A stretch of 64,000 nucleotides of DNA from an uncultured virus (IMG/VR IMGVR_UViG_3300032167_000103) (Duplodnaviria > Heunggongvirae > Uroviricota > Caudoviricetes): positions 1 through 64,000 of the IMG/VR virus record IMGVR_UViG_3300032167_000103; one strand, written 5' to 3'. The notes under the pieces are model-generated. The model searched no databases. It was not told the origin of the DNA and was given only the letters and a program-made list of their open reading frames with translations. The position numbers and the translations under genes were made by a program. Positions 10,128 through 20,461 of the stretch are shown here, in pieces. Within the stretch, counting starts at the first letter, position 1; each line of letters starts with the position of its first letter.

Positions 10128-10967
10128 TTATATACTAACTCTTGGAAGAAAATTTGTAGATGTATAAATCATATTTGGTTTTTCTAACACGATATGCGGA
10201 ACTTGATTATGTGTAAAACAATTGTTATTTTCCAATGGAGTAACTTTTGTTACAACTACTTGGAAATGTGGATCAAGTTTTAAAACAGTTCTATCAGTAT
10301 CAATCATCTTTTCAATATAATCAATTTCATAAAAGAAACCAGGATAATATTTAAAATGACTTTCCACTTGTAATTTCCACATATTTATTTTATTAGCACG
10401 ATAGATATTAGATTTAATTCCCATTGAAGCTAACAATTTTTGAATCTGTTTAAATTTATCAAATTTTACATCAAATAATGATACTTCATCTGGAGATAGA
10501 TATGGTGAATAAGCTGTATCAAAAATTCCTCTAATGAATTGTCTTCTATCTTTATAACTCTGATACATATAATCATCAAAGATAATATCTTGACCTTTAT
10601 ACCAATTTATACCAGCATCGTATGGATGTAAATTATTACTTCTTTTAAAATGTCTTGAATCGAAAATAACTGGAAATAAATGTAATGGAAAATCTCCAGT
10701 AACTTTACATTCACAAGAAGGAAAATGTCTAGGAGATAAAATATCATCTAAATATAAAGCTTCATTAGAAGTTAAGAATTCTACTCTACCATCACTGTAT
10801 GTTATTTCATACATATTTTCATAATTCATCATCCAGATGTCTTTAATTTCTAATAGTCGACTAGTTCTCCACTCATATACATAGTCACCGATATTTACTT
10901 CAGATATCTTTTTAATACCTTTATTTGTTAGAATTTGTCTGTTATAGATTTCTTTAGAAATATTCAT
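10128..10967 (-). CDS. free-standing degenerate intein-like protein (Hint plus LAGLIDADG remnant)
   Basis: ILTNKGIKKISEVNIGDYV (block A-like), MYEITYSDGR (block B-like), FIRGIFDT, LLASMGI, HIVLEKPNMIYTSTNF (block F-like); no N-terminal Cys and no terminal HN; ATG at 10967 follows GAGGTG. Confidence 0.6.
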   Translation of the reverse strand: MNISKEIYNRQILTNKGIKKISEVNIGDYVYEWRTSRLLEIKDIWMMNYENMYEITYSDGRVEFLTSNEALYLDDILSPRHFPSCECKVTGDFPLHLFPVIFDSRHFKRSNNLHPYDAGINWYKGQDIIFDDYMYQSYKDRRQFIRGIFDTAYSPYLSPDEVSLFDVKFDKFKQIQKLLASMGIKSNIYRANKINMWKLQVESHFKYYPGFFYEIDYIEKMIDTDRTVLKLDPHFQVVVTKVTPLENNNCFTHNQVPHIVLEKPNMIYTSTNFLPRVSI

Positions 10968-11071
10968 ATCACTCACCTCTATTTTAATTCATAATATTAA
11001 CCATCAGTTTTTAAACAGGCTTATTAATGGTTAGATATTCGTAATCTACTACTCGAAAGGAGATAATTAAC

Positions 11072-12193
11072 ATGGCTAAAGTTACAAACACAACCTCAGA
11101 AGACGTAAGAGCTTCGATAGGTTCTATTTATGCTGATCTTCTAAGTAAACGACGTATTGAAAAAGAAGCGAAAGCTGAACAGAAACGAATGGAAGAAGAA
11201 TTACGCAAGGCTGAAAAAGAAGAAAAGAGTACCAAAGAAGATGGTACTAAAATGACTAAGAAAGAAAAAAGAGAAAAGGAACTAGATAATTGGAAGACTA
11301 TTGTAGTTGGTCTTACTGGTGACGATCTCGAATATTCTGGTAAGAAGAATAAGAAAAAAAAGTATCGTAAATGGATTGATGAAGAAGATACTGGAACTGT
11401 TATCGATCGTAAACCTAAAAAACATAAAAAGAGAAACTATAATAAAGAATTTGAACCTGAGTTAAATATGTTGAAAACATTGGTCGCAGAACAAAATCGA
11501 TTCACTGCTGATTTACAGAGAAGATTCCAACATGCAGCTGGACCTGCTACTAAAGATGCAGCTCCTCCTAATAAAACAATGGTTGAATTAGCTTCTGCTA
11601 TCACTAGTGGTAGAACTAATTCTCTTGGTATGCTTCGAGAGATCGGTAGTTTGAAGAAAACTATTGCTGATCTTTATATGAAACAGAAGAAGTTAGATGC
11701 TGATTTGGCTGGTGGATCTACATTTACTGATACTGGAGATTTAGCTCTAATGGGATCTAATATTGCTGCAAGTATGTTTGGAAATAGTAGCGTCGGCTTT
11801 ACACCATCAATCCAAAGTTCTGATGTATATGGATCTCAATCTCAGATGATGGCACCTATTATGCAAAATAACGGACAGTCTGTACAATCAGTTCAGCAAG
11901 TTCCTGTGAATGATGTACCTGTTTATCAAGCAACTGCATTTGATCCAGAAACTTGGGAAGGACCTCAGTTATCTAACACATTTACAGAATATGAAAATGT
12001 CCCTCATACAATCGTTGTAAAACGTAGTAAGGATACCGGTGATATGCGTTTTGCAGCTATCCGTAATGATAATGGTGAAGAAATTACAGGATGTAATATC
12101 CCTACCAGTGATCCTAATAAATTAAATATCAATGAAAAAGATATGACTGTAAAAGGTCAATTTGATGAGGTATACAGAATAGTTGAAGTATAA
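11072..12193 (+). CDS. hypothetical protein (charged N-terminus, Gln-rich linker)
   Basis: 373-aa ORF, AAGGAG RBS. Confidence 0.8.
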   Translation: MAKVTNTTSEDVRASIGSIYADLLSKRRIEKEAKAEQKRMEEELRKAEKEEKSTKEDGTKMTKKEKREKELDNWKTIVVGLTGDDLEYSGKKNKKKKYRKWIDEEDTGTVIDRKPKKHKKRNYNKEFEPELNMLKTLVAEQNRFTADLQRRFQHAAGPATKDAAPPNKTMVELASAITSGRTNSLGMLREIGSLKKTIADLYMKQKKLDADLAGGSTFTDTGDLALMGSNIAASMFGNSSVGFTPSIQSSDVYGSQSQMMAPIMQNNGQSVQSVQQVPVNDVPVYQATAFDPETWEGPQLSNTFTEYENVPHTIVVKRSKDTGDMRFAAIRNDNGEEITGCNIPTSDPNKLNINEKDMTVKGQFDEVYRIVEV

Positions 12194-12211
12194 CCAAGGA
12201 GGTGATTCACT

Positions 12212-15200
12212 GTGAGTAAATCAACTAAACAAAATGGACCACTTCAAAACTTATTTGTAGATATAAAAAAGATTCTTGATTTTACTGAATTTAAAGATCT
12301 AGCAGCTGCAAAGGCTGCTGAAACTGAACTTAGTAAAGGTATGGCAGAAGTTTGGATGAATGCTATTGTTAAAAATGATAATTATATCACCTACAAAAAA
12401 TGGTGGACAAAGGCAATGTTTCAAGAAATATCAAATAACATTAAGACTCTTGAATATAATTATTTCATAAATAATCCATTCAATGTTCCATTAAAATATA
12501 GAGAGAATCTTCTAATTAAAGGCAGAGAAGCTTTCTTGAATCAATATGTAGAACAGAACGATTATTATAGAAAGCTTAGTGGTTTACCACCTTTTGAAAC
12601 TCCTGAATCTGATTATATTTACATGAGTGAAGAATTGCGAGAAAAACTTCATGTAGAAAATATTCCAGTTCATGAAATGAATGTTTATATTCAAAATAAT
12701 TACATGAATACAGAAGAGTATCAGAATGTTTTAAAAAATAATCCAGAAAAAGAATACTTGAAGTATCTTGGCAGATATAAAATTGATATTTATACAGCAA
12801 GAAAAGCTAAAGATTTTGATATTATAAGATATCCTTCAAATAGAGCAGATATCAATCCAAACGTATTATCAGCATTTGCATCATTGTATACAGATTATCG
12901 TGAGTATGTAATGGTAGTATTATATAATTCCAAATTGGAAGAAACTCATGTAAACTATCGTACCTTTATGGGTGTTTTAATTATTTCATTTGCTTTATTA
13001 CAAATTGGAAACAAAGCTTTGGAATCTGTAAATAATCATAAATATCTTGATGATGCTGTTTTACACACAATTCTCTCAATGTATGGAATTCCAGAATCTT
13101 TATTGCTAACACAAGATGTTAGACGAGATCTTGCAGCTAATATCTTAAAACTCGTACGGAATAAAGGTACTGAAGATGTTTATTATGATCTAATGAGAAT
13201 TCTTGGATATCAGGATGTGACAATTAGTAAGTTGATGCTTATGAAAGGACAAGAATTCGATTCTGAAAATAATAATGCTGCTTTATCAAGTGTAAATCCG
13301 TACTTTTTACAGCTTGATTTGAAAGATGATAATCCATATGAAACCATTGCTTCTGGTAAGGCACATATATTTGATTATCATTCAATTATCGATAAAGATC
13401 CTACATGGTGGGATTTACCAGATGTTCAGAAAATTCTTAAAGAAAGTGCATACACATTAACTGATTCTAAATATATAATGATTGAATCTGTAGTGCATCA
13501 GATGAAATATGTTTTTGAGTCAATTTATTTTACGAGAATGATTCTGGATAATAAAACATTGACAGATGAATTCAATATTGAAGTTCCTGAATTATTTGGT
13601 AAAGAAATGATTTCAGTTTATGATCTGATTTTATTCGTGATATGTGCAACATGTATGACGAATGGATTATCAGGATTAATTAATACAGAAACTGATAAAT
13701 TGTTAGCTACAGCTGGTTTTAACTTTGATTTAGATATAGATTCATTTATTGAATTTCTAAATACTACTCGATATGTTGATAAAAATAGAATTATGAAATT
13801 TCTTGATAATTTATCAATGAATAATATCGATGATATTAATAGAATCTTTAATGATGTAATGTATCCAATGAGAGAATGGCTACAAGAGAAAATATCTTCA
13901 TCTACTATACGAGAAGAATATGTGGAATATGAAAGTATCTACAGAGCTTTATATACATATGATTTTTCTCGAAATAAATTTCTTGATGATTTTGAAATGC
14001 CAATTGAAACTATCAAAAAGAAATATAATTTAAGTGATGAAGATTTATTAGCTTTTAAACATTTCTATCCTAGATCAATTGATGGAAAAGCTGTAAGTGT
14101 TACTGAATATAATGCATCTGTAAATAATAGCAGGTATCATTATCCATTTTTATCATTGACGGAAAATATCGATTGGTATATTCATATAACACTTGATACT
14201 CCTGACGGTAAAGTTGATGATAGAGGATATTTATATTTTCATGATATCCTGAATTCTGATAATCTCTTAACTTTAACTAATCCGGACGGCACTAGGGTCT
14301 TTATGGATTATGAAGATGCTGAAATTGGTTGGGAAGTGAATAAACAAGCTGTTGATAAAGCTATTTCATTGATAAGTCAATTAGATGATAAAGCTTTAAA
14401 AAACGGATATTTCCAAGTATATACACCTATATTGAATAGTCATGGTAAATATTATTCTGATAAAGAAAAATTACCAGCTACTATTAGAAATAGCGGTATC
14501 TATAAAGATATATTAATTGATAAAATTATTATGGATACAAATGGTCTAGCTACTCAACCAAAAACATATTTTGAGGCTCTTTATAGAAAAAATGAAAATC
14601 TTTATAATCTTCTAATGAAAGATGATAGATTCAATAGAAATAAAGATGCTTGGATGAATGATATCATGACTATTGTTATGGCTATCGAAACTGGATTGAA
14701 TGTACATTTGAAGTATTTTGAACAGTCGGTATTAGGCGAAGAACTTTTCTTCAAACCATTGATTACATTAATTAAACATTTTAAATCAAAATTAGTTCAA
14801 ATTGCTAAGACTGGTCTAAAATATGTTTTTGATGATAAGATAGATGTCGGTGGTAATTCAAATATGTTCAAGATGTTTGATAATGTTCAATTCTTGGTAC
14901 ATTTCTCTACAATTGATCAGAAAGGTTATGATTCTCAGTTCGGATTTTATGATACAGAACGAAGAATAACTCATCATATCATAATGAAAGATAGATCGGA
15001 AATTCTACGAATGGTTTCAGGAGAAGGATTCTTAGCTGAAACAAGAGAATCAAGAATGGGCTCAATGCGATTAGTAGATGAAGTGAAATTATCTAAGAAT
15101 GGAACTCCGTTAGATCCTAATGGTCATTCCTCTGTATGGTTTAGTGGAGAACCTGGTACTGGACGTTGGAGTGAAGAAGATGATATTCTTATGAGAAATA

Positions 15201-15283
15201 GAAAATCATTTGAACGAATTCAAACAAAAACTGCTGATCTCGAAGGATGGAAAGACTTTGTAGAATCATATGTTCCAAATTAA
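12212..15283 (+). CDS. large putative virion protein, baseplate wedge-like
   Basis: 1023-aa ORF with GTG start and AGGAGG RBS; LVRNKGT...LMRILG resembles baseplate wedge motifs; function inferred. Confidence 0.45.
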   Translation: MSKSTKQNGPLQNLFVDIKKILDFTEFKDLAAAKAAETELSKGMAEVWMNAIVKNDNYITYKKWWTKAMFQEISNNIKTLEYNYFINNPFNVPLKYRENLLIKGREAFLNQYVEQNDYYRKLSGLPPFETPESDYIYMSEELREKLHVENIPVHEMNVYIQNNYMNTEEYQNVLKNNPEKEYLKYLGRYKIDIYTARKAKDFDIIRYPSNRADINPNVLSAFASLYTDYREYVMVVLYNSKLEETHVNYRTFMGVLIISFALLQIGNKALESVNNHKYLDDAVLHTILSMYGIPESLLLTQDVRRDLAANILKLVRNKGTEDVYYDLMRILGYQDVTISKLMLMKGQEFDSENNNAALSSVNPYFLQLDLKDDNPYETIASGKAHIFDYHSIIDKDPTWWDLPDVQKILKESAYTLTDSKYIMIESVVHQMKYVFESIYFTRMILDNKTLTDEFNIEVPELFGKEMISVYDLILFVICATCMTNGLSGLINTETDKLLATAGFNFDLDIDSFIEFLNTTRYVDKNRIMKFLDNLSMNNIDDINRIFNDVMYPMREWLQEKISSSTIREEYVEYESIYRALYTYDFSRNKFLDDFEMPIETIKKKYNLSDEDLLAFKHFYPRSIDGKAVSVTEYNASVNNSRYHYPFLSLTENIDWYIHITLDTPDGKVDDRGYLYFHDILNSDNLLTLTNPDGTRVFMDYEDAEIGWEVNKQAVDKAISLISQLDDKALKNGYFQVYTPILNSHGKYYSDKEKLPATIRNSGIYKDILIDKIIMDTNGLATQPKTYFEALYRKNENLYNLLMKDDRFNRNKDAWMNDIMTIVMAIETGLNVHLKYFEQSVLGEELFFKPLITLIKHFKSKLVQIAKTGLKYVFDDKIDVGGNSNMFKMFDNVQFLVHFSTIDQKGYDSQFGFYDTERRITHHIIMKDRSEILRMVSGEGFLAETRESRMGSMRLVDEVKLSKNGTPLDPNGHSSVWFSGEPGTGRWSEEDDILMRNRKSFERIQTKTADLEGWKDFVESYVPN

Positions 15284-15292
15284 TAAAAAAAT

Positions 15293-15332
15293 AAAAGATA
15301 AGGAGTGGTGTTAACACCACTCCTTATCTTTT
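15293..15332. terminator. bidirectional terminator
   Basis: AAAAGATAAGGAGTGGTGTT/AACACCACTCCTTATCTTTT perfect palindrome between convergent genes. Confidence 0.8.
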
Positions 15333-15902
15333 ATTATAAACCAATGAGTGGATTTTATCACTTATAGTACCCCATATAACATATTGGAAATATTCAATAC
15401 ATCTTATTCTTCTACATTCATATGGAATTTTAATATTATCATTGATGAATTGTGTTATTTTATTACTATAACATGGATTCTTTTTATCTGGATAATACCA
15501 TTTTGGTTTCTTCGTACTGATATAAAAATTTGGAATATCTTTGTAAAAATGTTGGAATTGACTAGATGTAGGATCTATATGAAAGTGATATCCGAGCATA
15601 CTTAATTCAACCCATGTATGTTCATAGAACCATTTATTTGATTTTAATACAGGAGTGTGTTTTTGTTCACCATGTACAATTTTTATTTTTATTTTGAAAC
15701 ACTGATATTGCCAGTGTTCGTCTAATTGTTGATAAAATTCGTATTCAAATAATTTTGAAGCTCTATCACATAATCCAGTTAGTTTTAAATTATCAGGATT
15801 TTCAGCTAGTAATTTATTTCGTACCCTTATTACAGCAGGTAAAATTAAATCATTTATTATTTTCTCTTTATTAGTTTTATGATTTAAATAATCATTATCC
15901 AT
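15324..15902 (-). CDS. transglutaminase-like (Cys-His-Asp) protein
   Basis: GLCDRAS ... HTWVE ... IDPT triad arrangement. Confidence 0.5.
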   Translation of the reverse strand: MDNDYLNHKTNKEKIINDLILPAVIRVRNKLLAENPDNLKLTGLCDRASKLFEYEFYQQLDEHWQYQCFKIKIKIVHGEQKHTPVLKSNKWFYEHTWVELSMLGYHFHIDPTSSQFQHFYKDIPNFYISTKKPKWYYPDKKNPCYSNKITQFINDNIKIPYECRRIRCIEYFQYVIWGTISDKIHSLVYNKR

Positions 15903-15929
15903 AATTCTTCTCTCCTCATATAAAAGAAA

Positions 15930-15957
15930 GGATTGGGGTTTATATAAACCCCAATCC
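15930..15957. terminator. perfect 28-nt palindrome
   Basis: GGATTGGGGTTTATATAAACCCCAATCC. Confidence 0.6.
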
Positions 15958-15967
15958 GTGTTAATGG

Positions 15968-16126
15968 TTACTCAGTGAAATATTCAAGTTCTGTCTGTTT
16001 ATTATTTTTTGTTTCAGTGATTGAATTATCTTTGATCTTTTTCTTTTCTTCCTCTTCTTTCATTTCCATAGAAAGTCGATATTTTAGATCATTATCACTA
16101 TTTGCTCTTACTGTCGTCTTTTCCAT
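15968..16126 (-). CDS. small charged protein (52 aa, not in ORF track)
   Basis: MEKTTVRANSDNDLKYRLSMEMKEEEEKKK...; AAGGAG RBS. Confidence 0.5.
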   Translation of the reverse strand: MEKTTVRANSDNDLKYRLSMEMKEEEEKKKIKDNSITETKNNKQTELEYFTE

Positions 16127-16289
16127 TTGTTAAAAACTCCTTTCCGCTCATTTTGACATTCTTATCAATTTTTACTAAATGTGAATATCTACCACATTTA
16201 ATTCTACCTGTTTTAATCTGAGATATAATTGAATCTAATGAAGTATCTTTATACTCCTCATATCTGTCTTGACAACGCATAAACTTCAA
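16098..16289 (-). CDS. small hypothetical protein
   Basis: About 60-aa ORF, AAGGAGG RBS, promoter motif upstream. Confidence 0.55.
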   Translation of the reverse strand: MKFMRCQDRYEEYKDTSLDSIISQIKTGRIKCGRYSHLVKIDKNVKMSGKEFLTNGKDDSKSK

Positions 16290-16304
16290 CCTCCTTCTAA
16301 CTAT

Positions 16305-16314
16305 AGAATATATA
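16305..16314 (-). promoter_or_regulatory. putative phage promoter TATATATTCT
   Basis: Recurrent motif. Confidence 0.5.
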
Positions 16315-16355
16315 AGTGAACTCGAAAATTAAATATTCAAATATTTTAAGAAAGG

Positions 16356-17414
16356 ATGTATAAAATGGATACAAATAATATTTTATCTCTCAATTTATGT
16401 GATAATATTATTGATGAGATATTCGGTAAAAAAGAATTTCTAGAATTCTCTTATGCACTGAATTTTTTAGATGAATACGGATCTCCAAAAACTTTTTTAG
16501 AAAAAGTTGAAGATGAAGAGTTTGGAATGCGTAAAAAGATGTCTAGAATTGCGAAGAATACTAAAGATACAGCTAGAGAAACTATAAAAGTATATGGACA
16601 ATTAACTGACGCCGGCGGTGGGTTAGTTAAAACTGGCTGGGATTTAATGATGAAATGTATTACCCTTGGTACAAAAACTATTTGGTTTATCATTAAAACA
16701 ATTACAAAAATACCTAAAGCTCTCCTGGATATCATTAATAAGATTGAACAAATTCCAAGCGATATTGTTAATAAAATCAAGGGTAATATTAAATTATACA
16801 TTACCGTTGATGATCTTGAAATGTTGTATAATAATTCTCTACTTAGACGCTTAGATGATTATATCGAAGTAATCACTGCATTAACTAAAGGAGAAATGTG
16901 GGGAACATTTTTCAATAAAATACAGCGTAGAAACGATACCGGTAAACCTTTTTCATTTAGAATCAATCAGAATGACATGAAATTATGTCGTAAGGCTGAA
17001 GCATTATATAACACAATAGAAAATATTAAATTTAGTCAAAGTGTAATTGAAATGAATAATCAAGAAGTTATTCAAACTTACTTTGGAAACGACAAACGAG
17101 TTATTTCATTTACAGATCTAAAAGGTAAACAACATCAAGGGACTTATTATGAAACATTAATTCAGTTAATGAAAGATATCGAAAGTCGTAAAAGTTCATT
17201 AGAACTTATACAAACTGATTTTGGTAAAAAATATGATGATAATCAACTTGCCCAGGAATTTGCTAAGTTAGGAGTAATGGCTCAGAATAGAGTTGTAACT
17301 ACTATGCAGCAGATATCCAAAGTTTTATCTATTATAGGGAACATAATAAAATATGTTACTACTGATATCAATACTATGGATACCACTATTAAGAAACTTT
17401 TGAAATCTAAATAA
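16356..17414 (+). CDS. hypothetical helical protein
   Basis: 352-aa ORF. Confidence 0.75.
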   Translation: MYKMDTNNILSLNLCDNIIDEIFGKKEFLEFSYALNFLDEYGSPKTFLEKVEDEEFGMRKKMSRIAKNTKDTARETIKVYGQLTDAGGGLVKTGWDLMMKCITLGTKTIWFIIKTITKIPKALLDIINKIEQIPSDIVNKIKGNIKLYITVDDLEMLYNNSLLRRLDDYIEVITALTKGEMWGTFFNKIQRRNDTGKPFSFRINQNDMKLCRKAEALYNTIENIKFSQSVIEMNNQEVIQTYFGNDKRVISFTDLKGKQHQGTYYETLIQLMKDIESRKSSLELIQTDFGKKYDDNQLAQEFAKLGVMAQNRVVTTMQQISKVLSIIGNIIKYVTTDINTMDTTIKKLLKSK

Positions 17415-17418
17415 AAAA

Positions 17419-17455
17419 ATAATACAAGGGAAGCATAATGCTTCCCTTGTATTAT
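17419..17455. terminator. bidirectional hairpin
   Basis: ATAATACAAGGGAAGCAT/ATGCTTCCCTTGTATTAT between convergent genes. Confidence 0.75.
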
Positions 17456-17458
17456 ATA

Positions 17459-18136
17459 TTAAATATTTGGAATCTGCCAATCTATTGTATGAGGTTGTGT
17501 TTCATATAAATATTCATTCGCTTTGATAAAGTGATTACAACCAAAGAATGCTCCTCCTGCAAGTGGACTTGGATGAGCAGCTTCTAATATTAGGTGAGTA
17601 TTTGGTTGAATTAAAGAAGCTTTTCTTCTTGCATAATTGCCCCATAACATAAATATTAGACTCTGATCTTTTTGTCCTAATGAATAGATAATGTAATCTG
17701 TTAATCGTTCCCAACCAATATTGTCATGTGAACGACTCTTACCTCTTTCAACTGACAATACTGAATTTAATAGAAGCACACCTTGTTCAGCCCATGGTAT
17801 TAAACAACCATTATTTGGAATATAACAACCAAGTTCATTATGAAGTTCTTTAAATATGTTCATTAATGATGGAGGTATCGGAACTCCTGGTTTTACTGAA
17901 AATGATAAACCGTGTGCTTGACCTGGATTGATATATGGATCCTGTCCAAGTATAACGACTTTTGTATTCTCATAAGATGTTAATTTTAAAGCATTAAACA
18001 TATCTTCTTTTGGAGGATATACTTCAATTCCTTTATCTCGTTCATTATCAACCCATCTTAAAAGATCTTGAATTTGTTTATCTTTGAATGCAGATTCTAA
18101 TACTTGATCCCAATCATTACCTATTAATGGAACCAT
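17459..18136 (-). CDS. ung: uracil-DNA glycosylase, family 1
   Basis: KVVILGQDPY, QAHGLSFSV, PPSL, GVLLLN, HPSPL; ATG at 18136 follows GGAGGT. Confidence 0.95.
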   Translation of the reverse strand: MVPLIGNDWDQVLESAFKDKQIQDLLRWVDNERDKGIEVYPPKEDMFNALKLTSYENTKVVILGQDPYINPGQAHGLSFSVKPGVPIPPSLMNIFKELHNELGCYIPNNGCLIPWAEQGVLLLNSVLSVERGKSRSHDNIGWERLTDYIIYSLGQKDQSLIFMLWGNYARRKASLIQPNTHLILEAAHPSPLAGGAFFGCNHFIKANEYLYETQPHTIDWQIPNI

Positions 18137-18143
18137 TTTGATT

Positions 18144-18518
18144 TTACCTCCATTCTTCAAAAGCTTCTTTAGACTTGAAATCTACAGTCATTAGAACTTC
18201 TTGATTATTCATTCTACGATATAACTCTGCTACAAAATCATCATTGGAAGCTACTCTAATTACATTTTCTTTGAATGTTTCTGGTTTATCTTTTAACCAA
18301 TTTAATATACAAACCATTTTACCAATATTATCTAAATCTTTAACTTGTGTATCTCTATAATCTACATCTTTTCCTGTATAATGTTCAAGAAGTACCTGAA
18401 TCTGTTTATCATCACTATTATAAATGATATAATGTAAATAGGAAGCAATCTTTTCTAAACCATCATCTGTTACTTTGTTTATGATTTTATTAGCTTGCTC
18501 TAAAGTCATTTCTTCCAT
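18144..18518 (-). CDS. hypothetical protein
   Basis: 124-aa ORF in a tight operon, AAGGAG RBS. Confidence 0.7.
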   Translation of the reverse strand: MEEMTLEQANKIINKVTDDGLEKIASYLHYIIYNSDDKQIQVLLEHYTGKDVDYRDTQVKDLDNIGKMVCILNWLKDKPETFKENVIRVASNDDFVAELYRRMNNQEVLMTVDFKSKEAFEEWR

Positions 18519-18520
18519 AT

Positions 18521-18964
18521 TTATTCTCCTTTCTTTTTAATGTCTTTTGGGTTATATCCTATAAAGTCTATAAATTTACCTGTAAATATATCTAAGTTTT
18601 CGAGAACATTTTCTTCATAACATCCAATGTTTCCTCTACCAACAATGGCTGTAGAATCATATAGTTTAACTTCTTCAATTTCCCACAGATTATTATCTTG
18701 AGATGGTTTAACTTTGATATGACCTCTTGTTGCACCTGGTACACGTAAAGCAATATAGAATTCACCTTTCACATGTATATCATCAGGATGCATCATATAT
18801 GTTTTCATTATGGCTTTAGTATGTTCATCAATTCCTTCAATTTCTGGTTTGAATAAATCAAGATATTCAGTGATATAACAATGAAATTGATTAGATGTAT
18901 GGCTATTGAGTCTTCCATAGGTTCTGAAAATTTGTACATCATTTATATTTTCCATTATCATCAC
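18521..18964 (-). CDS. hypothetical protein
   Basis: 147-aa ORF in operon. Confidence 0.7.
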   Translation of the reverse strand: MMIMENINDVQIFRTYGRLNSHTSNQFHCYITEYLDLFKPEIEGIDEHTKAIMKTYMMHPDDIHVKGEFYIALRVPGATRGHIKVKPSQDNNLWEIEEVKLYDSTAIVGRGNIGCYEENVLENLDIFTGKFIDFIGYNPKDIKKKGE

Positions 18965-18968
18965 CTCT

Positions 18969-19331
18969 TTAATTTACTTCATTCCATATACTTCTTGCTG
19001 CAATTTCGGTTCTAGGTGATGTATTAAATTTATACATCATTTTATGACATATATCGCATTCATAATACATAGTTCTATCTAGATTCATCTTTATTGTTGG
19101 AAGAACTCCACACTTACTGCATGGATGAAGTTCTATATCAAATATCGTTCTACTATCAAGTTCATCTGATTCTTTGTTAAACCATAATAAGATATCGTCA
19201 GGATTTGAAGAATCTAGAAGACGTCCATCTGCATAAATTGCATTATGAGATAAATTCATATGTATCATGACTAAATCTTCGGGATTGCTACAGTTGGTAA
19301 TTCTTTCAAAATTAGTCATTCTTTTCCTCAC
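18969..19331 (-). CDS. Lar-like (restriction alleviation) zinc-finger protein
   Basis: C-terminal LHPCSKCG...YECDICH...EIAARSIWN pattern. Confidence 0.5.
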   Translation of the reverse strand: MRKRMTNFERITNCSNPEDLVMIHMNLSHNAIYADGRLLDSSNPDDILLWFNKESDELDSRTIFDIELHPCSKCGVLPTIKMNLDRTMYYECDICHKMMYKFNTSPRTEIAARSIWNEVN

Positions 19332-20025
19332 TTTCTGACTTCATAAATGTTTCTAATGAGTCTTTAACAACTTTCTCAATATTCTTTGATAAAGTATATG
19401 TGAAATCTTTTTCAGTATAAGATCTAGCACATTCAAAAACCCCATGTTTCACTAGTTCAGAAATTTCTTCTGGATGTTCTTTGATATAATTATTTGCGAC
19501 TGTTTCCAAAGACCATTGAATTGAACGTGCAAATGATTTTTGATCTTCGTCATTCACTGCAGGTAATTCCATATTGATAACTTTCTTAAAGATTACTAAG
19601 AAATCTTCTTGATATTTGTCACCTAATCTATTGGCATAATCTTTTACAACTTCATACAGAATCTGTTGAGTAATACTGCCGTGACCATAATCAATTCTGT
19701 TTTGAAGGATTTCATCAACAAATGTTTCAATCTTACATTCGAATATTCTTTTAGCAATACTCTTCATTTCTTGTACACTGAGATAGTTAGTGATATCAAA
19801 TGGAGCTTCAAGATTAATACTACCTGGACAATATTCTCTACAATCTTCAGATTGTACGGTTATAATTAATTTATTTTCAGAATCTTCATCACTATCATCA
19901 ATGATCATATCATAGTCAATTAAACCACAAGGAAGCTGTTTGATTTCTTTAATTTCCCCAATACATCCTCTGTATTTACCTCTTGTGATGAGAAGTTTGT
20001 TTCCAACATGTGTAATAGCAGCCAT
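19312..20025 (-). CDS. hypothetical protein
   Basis: Start moved to MAAITHVG, which follows AAGGAGG. Confidence 0.7.
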   Translation of the reverse strand: MAAITHVGNKLLITRGKYRGCIGEIKEIKQLPCGLIDYDMIIDDSDEDSENKLIITVQSEDCREYCPGSINLEAPFDITNYLSVQEMKSIAKRIFECKIETFVDEILQNRIDYGHGSITQQILYEVVKDYANRLGDKYQEDFLVIFKKVINMELPAVNDEDQKSFARSIQWSLETVANNYIKEHPEEISELVKHGVFECARSYTEKDFTYTLSKNIEKVVKDSLETFMKSESEEKND

Positions 20026-20044
20026 AACTAATAATCCTCCTTTA

Positions 20045-20371
20045 TTATGAATAAAATGCAGTAGAATAAAAGTGAATAATTTTGCCTTTAGCTTTAGCAT
20101 ATTCAACTTCTCTGCGAGTATCATCACCAATATAACCACCGACATCAATTACATATACAATATCGCTCATATCAATTTTCTTATCATGAACATCATGGAG
20201 ATATTGAATTTCTTCATCTGTAAATTTTTCAATGTCTTCTTTATTGAAAGAGAAGTTTGGTGTAAAAACAATTTTAAATTCTTTTTGAAGTCGATTATAT
20301 TCTTTCATAATAGTATCGAAGAATCTTCTGCTTCCGCATAATGTAATCACTTCATGTTTTGATGTGCTCAT
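20045..20371 (-). CDS. nucleoside 2-deoxyribosyltransferase-like fold protein
   Basis: ITLCGSRRF...HDKKIDMSDIVYVI..GGYIG..TRREVEYA. Confidence 0.55.
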   Translation of the reverse strand: MSTSKHEVITLCGSRRFFDTIMKEYNRLQKEFKIVFTPNFSFNKEDIEKFTDEEIQYLHDVHDKKIDMSDIVYVIDVGGYIGDDTRREVEYAKAKGKIIHFYSTAFYS

Positions 20372-20461
20372 ATAAATAGCCCTCCTATGTTATAAAATTT
20401 ATTCAAGATAGTAAAGCAAACGTCATAATATAATTTAAGTCAAAGAAAGAAGGTGAATGTT

